A stretch of 9,498 nucleotides of DNA from Candidatus Heimdallarchaeota archaeon (GTDB taxonomy: Archaea; Asgardarchaeota; Heimdallarchaeia; JABLTI01). Positions within the stretch are counted from its first letter, which is position 1, and the number at the start of each line of letters is the position of its first letter. Below the pieces are notes generated by a model. That model was not told where the DNA came from. It searched no databases and was given only the letters and a program-made list of their open reading frames with translations. Where the stretch lies: the NCBI GenBank assembly GCA_030614005.1, contig JAUWKS010000095.1, forward strand, positions 1 to 9,498. The letters run 5' to 3'. The translations under genes and the position numbers were made by a program. Positions 1 through 6,826 of the stretch are shown here, piece after piece.

Positions 1-1
1 C

Positions 2-595
2 ATCATTGATGTTGCTACAGACGCTGTAGAAAAAATTATTGAGGGCAGAAGAATGACTCATATGGTATCCTTGCATCCTGATGGGTCAAAAGCATATATT
101 AGTAATATTGGTGATAATTCTATCTCTATTTTGGATATTGCTTCTTTGAAATGGTTAACACACATCCCTGTTGGTCGCAGTCCAGAAGGTATCAACATAA
201 GCCCTGATGGCAAATGGTTGTATTGTGCGAATCAAGATGATGATCAAGTCTTTGTTATTGATACTAGTAACAATGCATTACATGCAAGAATATCGACAGC
301 ACGAGTTCCCATTCGTGTTACTTTCAGTCGGGATGGAACTTTGGCTTTTATTCCAAACCGAGAAGGTAATTGTGTCTCGGTAGTTAAAGTAGCAACGCAT
401 CGGGAAATAAAACGTATTCCTGTTGGAATCTGGGCTGGAGGCACTGTGGTCAATGCCAAGGGCGACAAAGTGTATGTTGCCAACAACAAAACTAATGATA
501 TTTCTGTAATCGATGTTGAAACGCTCAAAGTTGTTGATACTATAGATGTGGGTCTTCACCCTGATGGCATGGCATTCTGCCGTGTTATCAAATAA
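2..595 (+). CDS. YVTN/YncE-family beta-propeller repeat protein, 5'-truncated by the window edge
   Basis: The frame is open from base 2 (IIDVATDAVEKIIEGRR) into the listed ORF at 53, so the true start lies upstream. About four ~42-aa blades of the form P.G...SPDG..(L/V)Y.AN......V.VID (e.g. SPEGINISPDGKWLYCANQDDDQVFVID; KVYVANNKTNDISVIDVET). Ends TAA at 593-595. Confidence 0.88.
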   Translation: MIDVATDAVEKIIEGRRMTHMVSLHPDGSKAYISNIGDNSISILDIASLKWLTHIPVGRSPEGINISPDGKWLYCANQDDDQVFVIDTSNNALHARISTARVPIRVTFSRDGTLAFIPNREGNCVSVVKVATHREIKRIPVGIWAGGTVVNAKGDKVYVANNKTNDISVIDVETLKVVDTIDVGLHPDGMAFCRVIK

Positions 596-606
596 ACCGG
601 GTGAAC

Positions 607-621
607 TCTTTTCTTTTTATT
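607..621 (+). terminator. U-rich archaeal-type terminator after the beta-propeller gene
   Basis: TCTTTTCTTTTTATT begins 12 nt after the stop codon. Confidence 0.45.
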
Positions 622-676
622 ACCACAATATTTAATTCATTTGACTAATTACTCGATTTAATACTTGGTGTGCTTA

Positions 677-1558
677 ATGGAATATTTGGTTGAAGTCAAT
701 TCTGAACTCTGCATCGGTTGCCAAGCTTGTATAGATGTTTGCCCTCGTGATTGTTTTGTTCTAAATACAGAAGGAAAATCTAAGATGGGTTCCCATCTAT
801 GCCATTCTTGTGGTCATTGTATTTCCGTTTGCCCAGAAAAGGCGATCAAACATCGGGATTTTACCGAAGAAGAGTATTCACTGATCAGTGATATTTTGCA
901 TTCAAAAATGGTAGATGGTGAACAATTATCCTTTTTACTCAAATCCATTCGAAGTACTCGAAAATATAAGAGTAAACCAATCTCTAAAGAAATATTATCC
1001 CAGCTAGTAGAAACTGGTCGATTTTCTCCAACAGGCCACCATGCTCAAAATGTTGAAATAGTGATTGTGGATACTCCCGAAACAATTCAGCAGCTAAAAG
1101 ATGAAACTGCTGTTGCTTTCAAAGGATTTTTGAAAAAAATAGACAACCCATTCCTTCGTCTTCTGGGGATTTTGCTTGGGAAAGGAGACTCAATTCGAAA
1201 AGCTCGAGGCTCTCGAGCAAGACTTGTCCGGATACTTTCCGGATTTGCGGAAGGAACAGATTATCTCTTTCATGATGCACCAGTTGTGGTTGTTTTTCAT
1301 GCTAAGACAAAAGGAATTGTTCCTCTGGAAAATTGTACCATTGCTTCTACATATATGAGAATTGTCTGTGAAGGTTTTGGTTTAGGGTCTTGCTATATTG
1401 GTTACTTGGTATATTCTTCAAAATATAATCACAAAATTCGTGAAATGTTAAATATACCAAAAGAAAATACTATTTTTCAAGTAATGATCGTTGGGTATCC
1501 AAAGCACAAATTTAGAACGTTCGTTGCTAGAAATCCTGCTAAAGTACAATGGAAGTAA
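677..1558 (+). CDS. Nitroreductase-family flavoprotein with N-terminal 2x[4Fe-4S] ferredoxin domain
   Basis: Two ferredoxin motifs, CIGCQACIDVCP and CHSCGHCISVCP. FMN-binding RSTRKY segment, SPTGHHAQ, and C-terminal GLGSCYIG and VGYP motifs typical of nitroreductases. ATG at 677 preferred to TTG at 665 because GGTG (667-670) sits 6 nt upstream of it. Confidence 0.92.
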   Translation: MEYLVEVNSELCIGCQACIDVCPRDCFVLNTEGKSKMGSHLCHSCGHCISVCPEKAIKHRDFTEEEYSLISDILHSKMVDGEQLSFLLKSIRSTRKYKSKPISKEILSQLVETGRFSPTGHHAQNVEIVIVDTPETIQQLKDETAVAFKGFLKKIDNPFLRLLGILLGKGDSIRKARGSRARLVRILSGFAEGTDYLFHDAPVVVVFHAKTKGIVPLENCTIASTYMRIVCEGFGLGSCYIGYLVYSSKYNHKIREMLNIPKENTIFQVMIVGYPKHKFRTFVARNPAKVQWK

Positions 1559-1586
1559 TCTAAATTAGCTCTAGGTGAATGAAAAA

Positions 1587-2162
1587 ATGACCGATTTAAA
1601 CACTTTCCTCAAAAAAAATAAGAAATCTATTCATGAATTACTCAATCATATGTGGCAAAATATCGAACGAATAGCCATACAATTTGAAGAAGCTTTACCA
1701 GATGTCGATTTAGATAATTCCCATGGTAACTACATTCGAATTGACAAAGGGTGGTCTGAAGCTATCTATGCAAATCCTAGTATTGCTTTTCCTTTTGGAG
1801 AATTTGGTTATTCTTTGGATGGGCTATTTTGCGTGTTTACAATTAACCCTAAAGCATTCACCGAGAAGATCCTAGGTAAGATTGTTGCCATCTCTCGAGA
1901 GAATCCTGCAATTACCTTTGAAGCTTATGGTGGTGATGATTGCTTTCAGACATTCTTTCATTCCAATGATGAAAGCGATTTTGATACTATCATAACTGCA
2001 ATACAGAGTACATCTGAGGAATCTATTCAACTAGAACTAACTATTGAAGCTGTTGCAGAAGAAGCTGTAAAAGATGCACTTGTAACAACCACCATAAAAG
2101 TTCATCATTTATTGAAAGAAGAACAATGTTTAATGAATTTACCTCAATATTCTCCTGAATAA
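1587..2162 (+). CDS. DUF3201-like archaeal protein of unknown function
   Basis: IHELLNHMW, YIRIDKGWSEAIY.NP, (F)GEFG and YGGDD.F..FF resemble, from memory, the Thermococcales DUF3201 family (IHEFLN.MW, YI..DG.W....YPHP, IYG..NF..DFY). AGGTGA (1573-1578) lies 8 nt before ATG 1587, so the listed GTG at 1575 is part of the RBS. 28-nt gap to the nitroreductase gene. Confidence 0.7.
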   Translation: MTDLNTFLKKNKKSIHELLNHMWQNIERIAIQFEEALPDVDLDNSHGNYIRIDKGWSEAIYANPSIAFPFGEFGYSLDGLFCVFTINPKAFTEKILGKIVAISRENPAITFEAYGGDDCFQTFFHSNDESDFDTIITAIQSTSEESIQLELTIEAVAEEAVKDALVTTTIKVHHLLKEEQCLMNLPQYSPE

Positions 2163-2181
2163 ATCACAGGAGTTTATCGAA

Positions 2182-2198
2182 CTTATTTTCCTTTCTTC
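2182..2198 (+). terminator. Pyrimidine-rich terminator in the gap between convergent genes
   Basis: CTTATTTTCCTTTCTTC, about 20 nt after the DUF3201-like stop codon. Confidence 0.35.
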
Positions 2199-2215
2199 AA
2201 AGACTACTGCTTAGT

Positions 2216-3115
2216 CTATCCTTTCATTTCCTCTGATTTTTCTCTTTGTTTAATTATCTCGTCTCTGAATGTCGCATGCTGTAAAACATCGTAATCATTG
2301 TTGAGATAAGTTAAGGTCAATGAACAATCAAACAAGGGATAGAGCGCTGCTCTGACAAAAATCATTATTATGCCCATCCAATCTCCAGTCATCTCAATAA
2401 AAGTATTTGTTAAAGCCCAAGGGAGAATAATACTGACAAAGGCATAAATTCCTACAATCATTGTGGTTTTGAGCCAATTGCTGCTTCTTGTTAAATCAAA
2501 GGAACGTTGAAAAGCTCTACCTACAGACAATTCCTCTTTGTTTATTGCAACAACAAATAGGCTTATCTTACTTCCCAGTAGTATTGGGAAACCGACTGAA
2601 ATTACTAGCATTATCCAACTAACGAATGGTACTCGTGCATTGAAAAGTATCCCGAAAATAAAGATTAAAGCAGGAATAGCTAGAAAGCCAATTAACATTA
2701 ATGAAGCAAAGAATAATTCCTTAAATCTTCTACCAGTTAAATCTATAGCCCAAAAAACATTTGCTTTTGATTTCTCAACTGTCTTCCAACATAGGTTTGT
2801 TATTATCGAGCTTCTTAGGATAAATAACAGCACTGCAACAATTATCAAAGGGATCAGATAAGGTGTTACATACTCATTTCTAAAATCAAGTGAAAAAATA
2901 AATTGATGTGAAATAAAATTATATTTAAGATTAATTAAAACTAAGTAAAAGATACCAAAGATCAGTAATTCTGGAATTAACGAAATAGTAAACATTTGAA
3001 AGAATTGCCTGAAATAAATTCTGAAAGGAGCAACAAGTAATTTAAAAATCCCATATTCATCGACTTTTAAGTTATCAGTTGGTTTTTTCTCAACTTTCTC
3101 TACTTGTTCACTCAT
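2216..3115 (-). CDS. Multi-pass (about 6 TM) membrane protein, DUF7847/YciC/GPDPase-membrane-domain-like
   Basis: 299 aa with six long hydrophobic stretches. N-terminal 'FRIYFRQFFQMFTISLIP' and 'LSVGRAFQRSFDLTRSSNWLK' match the 'Al..S..Lt...w' signature I associate with this superfamily. The family call is from memory. Confidence 0.75.
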   Translation of the reverse strand: MSEQVEKVEKKPTDNLKVDEYGIFKLLVAPFRIYFRQFFQMFTISLIPELLIFGIFYLVLINLKYNFISHQFIFSLDFRNEYVTPYLIPLIIVAVLLFILRSSIITNLCWKTVEKSKANVFWAIDLTGRRFKELFFASLMLIGFLAIPALIFIFGILFNARVPFVSWIMLVISVGFPILLGSKISLFVVAINKEELSVGRAFQRSFDLTRSSNWLKTTMIVGIYAFVSIILPWALTNTFIEMTGDWMGIIMIFVRAALYPLFDCSLTLTYLNNDYDVLQHATFRDEIIKQREKSEEMKG

Positions 3116-3244
3116 AATTTGCCTTCATCAGAGTTCATTCATAATTATTCCTATGACTCTAATTTTCTCAATCATTGATACCTCTTTCTTGTTTTTTGGG
3201 AAACTTTTTCTCCTAGTTAAACATGAAATTTGATGGAGAGAGTG

Positions 3245-3262
3245 AATAAAAAAGAAAAGAGG
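3245..3262 (-). terminator. U-rich terminator downstream of the site-2 protease pair
   Basis: The minus strand reads CCTCTTTTCTTTTTTATT starting 7 nt after the TAA at 3269-3271. Confidence 0.5.
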
Positions 3263-3268
3263 TGTAGG

Positions 3269-4876
3269 TTATGCTTCGAGTGGCACACCTAATAATGATA
3301 GAACTTGAAATATAGGCAACGGGGTACAAATAATTGCTAAGAAATATCCGAAAATAAGGTAGATGTATTTTGACCAATGAACCTTCGAGACATCATCAGT
3401 AGGACCCGGATGTTTTTGGAACATACCCATAAATAATATTAGAAAACCAAAGTATCTTGTAAATGGATTCAGCGCTAACAATAGACCGATTATTATTGTG
3501 AATATTCTGTGTGGTGTATCACCAAAGACTGCTCGAGCAGTGTGTCCTCCATCTAATTGGCTTGCGGGCATCAAATTAATACCTGTTAAGATAAAACCCA
3601 CCCATCCGGCAAATGCGACTGGATGTTGAACAATAATTTGTGTTGTGGGGTCATAATAAGGTATTATTCCAGTTGAAAAGCTAAAATACTCTAACCAATT
3701 GCTTAGAAAAACTGTCGGTATAAGCGTTAAATCAATAGGATCTCCCGCAGGTACAGGAATATCTGCCACATACGTAAGTTTTAGTCCAATGATAAATATT
3801 GGCACTGCAACAGCGAATCCTGCCATTGGTCCTGAAAACCCGATATCAAATAAATCATCTCGAGTAGCAATTTGCTCCTTTTGTTGAATTACCGCCCCAA
3901 ATGTTCCAAGAGTTGGAAATGCTGGAAACGATGGTACTGGAATGAAATATGGTAGAGATGCATCTATTTTCTTATTTCTCGATACAAAATAATGACCAAA
4001 TTCGTGAATCGTCAAAATACCTATCAAACAAATAGTATAAAGAAAAATATCGAGTGCCATATTTCCCTCAATATTGTACGTTTCAAAAGTTGCTGTTATG
4101 TATGTCCATCCTGCCAATGCAACAGTAACGATTGTGGCTAAAAATAAACCAATATTCCAGGCAATTTTCTTAAATTGGAATTGTTCCTGAGCTGATTCTT
4201 TTTCCCAATAATAGAATCGAATGACGATTTGTTTATTACCAGGAGCAATGAGCTCATTACGAATAAGTACTTTCAAGTTATTTTCAGTGAAAATTGATTC
4301 CTTTCTCAAAGCAGTAAATTTCATACGTTCGGAACCTTCTTCAGGTCTTTGAACGGTGACTTTTGGTCCAATGCTCTCAACGATTTGGCTATCAATAATT
4401 CTTAAATGCTTAGCTATTGTCTCATTTACTTCTTCTAATGTTAGATCCACTTGTTTTAAGTCTCGTATTTTTGGTGCAAGGACACTTATTGTCTTCTTGA
4501 TTTCAATTACTTGGGTTTCAACCACCGCTTTCAAATATGACAAACCATTCCTTGTGAGAGGTGCGCCACAAATTCCACAAGTGTCCCCTGATGTTGTGCC
4601 ATTACAATCCCAACATTTTATACCGATGGGTGCTTCTGATCTTGCAATAACTTTTTCTTTGACATCTGGACTGAGTGGTGCTCTGCATTTGAAACATTTT
4701 ACAACGTCTGGGTGAGGTATAGATGCCCCACAATTCCAGCAAAACCCTTTATCTTCTTCCGTATTGTGTGCACTAATATCATTATCATTTACTTTTGTTG
4801 AAGCAATTTTCGTTTCCGCTATTTTTGTCGTGGATTCTTTGTCTAAATCAAAATCATTTGTTTTTTTAGATGTCAA
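3269..4876 (-). CDS. Site-2 protease (peptidase M50, EGY1/archaeal-type) with N-terminal double zinc ribbon; paralog A
   Basis: HEFGH (aa 291-295, nt 3992-4006), FDIGFSGP, and NLMPASQLDGGH carrying the third Zn ligand D442. Multiple TM segments after about aa 240. Eight Cys: CWNC-x11-CFKC and CWDC-x8-CGIC (nt 4568-4741). TTG start with GAGGT 7 nt upstream; the first in-frame ATG is at aa 185, downstream of the ribbons. Confidence 0.92.
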   Translation of the reverse strand: MTSKKTNDFDLDKESTTKIAETKIASTKVNDNDISAHNTEEDKGFCWNCGASIPHPDVVKCFKCRAPLSPDVKEKVIARSEAPIGIKCWDCNGTTSGDTCGICGAPLTRNGLSYLKAVVETQVIEIKKTISVLAPKIRDLKQVDLTLEEVNETIAKHLRIIDSQIVESIGPKVTVQRPEEGSERMKFTALRKESIFTENNLKVLIRNELIAPGNKQIVIRFYYWEKESAQEQFQFKKIAWNIGLFLATIVTVALAGWTYITATFETYNIEGNMALDIFLYTICLIGILTIHEFGHYFVSRNKKIDASLPYFIPVPSFPAFPTLGTFGAVIQQKEQIATRDDLFDIGFSGPMAGFAVAVPIFIIGLKLTYVADIPVPAGDPIDLTLIPTVFLSNWLEYFSFSTGIIPYYDPTTQIIVQHPVAFAGWVGFILTGINLMPASQLDGGHTARAVFGDTPHRIFTIIIGLLLALNPFTRYFGFLILFMGMFQKHPGPTDDVSKVHWSKYIYLIFGYFLAIICTPLPIFQVLSLLGVPLEA

Positions 4877-4979
4877 AAAAGTGACCTCATATCCAGCTTC
4901 TACGTTATATCACCGCCATTCAAAGTAATAAAGACTAGCTTATAGTTTGAAATTCAGACTGAGTTGTAGAACTTACTTC

Positions 4980-6617
4980 TTAAGACATGAAAAGAAATGA
5001 AGGTAATGGGAAACAAACTATTGCAATTGAAATTGCGAATGTTCCTAGAATATATCTTGACCAATGAGGTCGTAGTGCTTCATTTGTAACTGGTGTTTGG
5101 AACAGATTTCTAGGAACGAACATTGTTAACACTCCTAGCCCCCAAGTTGTGAAATTGAACATAAGGAATAGCGATGTTGCAAAAGAAAAGACTCGAGTTA
5201 ACCGCTCTCCAAATAAACTTCGAAACATAAAACCACCATCGAGCATAGAACCTGGGAGATAATTTAACCCATTTAGAATCAAACCTACAATTGCTGCATA
5301 TGTTAGCGGATGGATAAATGATACTTGTGTTTCTAGGTTAATTGTGGGAGCTAAATTAGTAACTGAACCAAACCAATTGAAGAACATTAAGATAAGCATA
5401 ACTGGGTCAAATTGCTGAATTTCAGTGATTCTGTCAAGAGCAGTTTGGGATAGATCAGAAATTTCAGCTATATATGGCGAAGAAAGTCCAACTAGTAAAA
5501 GAACTATAGATGTTACCACTCCTACAAGTGGTCCGTAAAAATAAAGATCAAATAGATCATTCCGTTTGTGTACTGGATTGAGCACTCGAATAAATCCTCC
5601 AGCAGCACCAAGCAGGAAGTAACTCATAAACCCTGGAATGGGTGGAATAGGAAGGAAGTATGGTAAGGACAAGGTAATTTTTTTCACCCGTTGAACAACA
5701 AAGTGCGCTAGTTCGTGCATTACCGAAATTCCAAGCAATGCACAAGTAAAAATAATGACATCAACAGCCATGCTTTTTTCAATTGAAAAGAGATCAAAAA
5801 CCTCTCGAGTATAAAACCATCCTGCAAGGATAATTGTTGTAATTGTTAAAGCCAGAGCGAGGAGTTTCCAGCGAATATTTTTGAAGTTAAATCTATTGAC
5901 TTCTTCTAGAGGCTTCCAGTAAAAGAAGCGTATTGCAACTAAATCCTCTTCATTCGAGGGGATCTTTATTCCTTTGTAAAGTACTCGGAGATTCTTTTCA
6001 ACAATTAGTTTCTCTTGCTCAAATTTATCATAAAGATTGCTTTTAGCTGGTCGTTTAATAATCATTTCAGGTCCGAAATTTGTAAGAGCAGAACGTCTTA
6101 TCGTGAAATATTTTGCAATAGTTGCTTCTAAGTCGGTGAATTTCATTGCTATTCTGATTAACTTACGATCCTTCGGTGATAAAATAAAAAGAAATTCTTG
6201 TTCTTTTTCCGATAGCAAATCGGTGCTCTGTTTAACATCTTCTGCTAGTGATCTTATTCCTTCTGCTGTTAATGGACTACCACAGACACCACAAATATTC
6301 CCTGAAGTTGTCCCTCCACATCTCCAGCATTTTATTGCATTTGCACTTATGTTACGACTTAATACTTCTTGTTTAACACTCTCTTTTATTGGTGCTCTGC
6401 ACACATCACACCAATCATTTTCCTTTAAATTTGCATTACAATTCCAACATTTAGTTTGGGCTTTAGCTGGTCTTGATAAATCGGACATCCCATACAAAAC
6501 TTCGTCCCATGATTTTCCTGCATCTTCTTTTGAGGTTTTTATATTAGCTTCAAGTTCTTTTTTAGCATCAACATTCTGTTTCTTATTCTTCTTGCTGTTC
6601 TTGTTTTCCTCATTCAA
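4980..6617 (-). CDS. Site-2 protease (peptidase M50) with N-terminal double zinc ribbon; paralog B
   Basis: HELAH (aa 301-305, nt 5703-5717), FDLYFYGP, and NYLPGSMLDGGF with D460. CWNC-x9-CDVC and CWRC-x8-CGVC (nt 6282-6449). TTG start with GGTG 7 nt upstream; an alternative start at Met44 cannot be excluded. Confidence 0.9.
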   Translation of the reverse strand: MNEENKNSKKNKKQNVDAKKELEANIKTSKEDAGKSWDEVLYGMSDLSRPAKAQTKCWNCNANLKENDWCDVCRAPIKESVKQEVLSRNISANAIKCWRCGGTTSGNICGVCGSPLTAEGIRSLAEDVKQSTDLLSEKEQEFLFILSPKDRKLIRIAMKFTDLEATIAKYFTIRRSALTNFGPEMIIKRPAKSNLYDKFEQEKLIVEKNLRVLYKGIKIPSNEEDLVAIRFFYWKPLEEVNRFNFKNIRWKLLALALTITTIILAGWFYTREVFDLFSIEKSMAVDVIIFTCALLGISVMHELAHFVVQRVKKITLSLPYFLPIPPIPGFMSYFLLGAAGGFIRVLNPVHKRNDLFDLYFYGPLVGVVTSIVLLLVGLSSPYIAEISDLSQTALDRITEIQQFDPVMLILMFFNWFGSVTNLAPTINLETQVSFIHPLTYAAIVGLILNGLNYLPGSMLDGGFMFRSLFGERLTRVFSFATSLFLMFNFTTWGLGVLTMFVPRNLFQTPVTNEALRPHWSRYILGTFAISIAIVCFPLPSFLFMS

Positions 6618-6671
6618 AAGGATGCACCATCAAACTAACTAACTATCAATACTGAATAACAAAGAATTGAT

Positions 6672-6686
6672 TATTTAAGTTTCTTT
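6672..6686 (-). promoter_or_regulatory. BRE + TATA box for the site-2 protease pair
   Basis: The minus strand reads AAAGAAA-CTTAAATA, matching archaeal BRE plus YTTAWATA, about 55 nt upstream of the TTG at 6617. Confidence 0.55.
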
Positions 6687-6826
6687 TTAAAATCCAAAAA
6701 TTAAACGAATAATACAAAAAAAGCATTTTGCTACATTTAGAAAAACCTAAAAACGAAAAGAATAATCTCCCGAACGCAGAACAAAAACCAATTTTCCAAA
6801 GCAAGTAAAAAAAGGGATGAATTAGT

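Noticed and set aside
244-559. 94-aa and 93-aa minus-strand ORFs
   Set aside because: Antisense to the well-supported beta-propeller gene, with no motif.
1176-1358. Small ORFs at 1176-1358, 2538-2861, 3699-3887, 5557-5745, 7556-7786, 7832-8131 and 7908-8102
   Set aside because: All are fully nested in or antisense to confidently assigned genes and look like shadow or alternative frames.
4861-4867. A7 tract just after the start of protease A as a phase-variation or frameshift site
   Set aside because: It encodes ordinary Lys-Lys-Thr. Tracts of this length are frequent here, and the frame is intact.
4939-4948. 10-mer CTTATAGTTT shared with 9053-9062
   Set aside because: AT-rich, and at different distances from the respective start codons, so likely chance.
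6037-6642. 201-aa + strand ORF, and the similar 4356-4715 ORF
   Set aside because: Antisense shadows of the two protease genes, with no recognisable motifs or convincing RBS. Their mutual resemblance just mirrors the conserved zinc ribbon on the coding strand.
6672-6686. Similarity between the protease and thermosome promoters as evidence of co-regulation
   Set aside because: The shared sequence is essentially the generic purine-rich BRE plus TTAAATA consensus.
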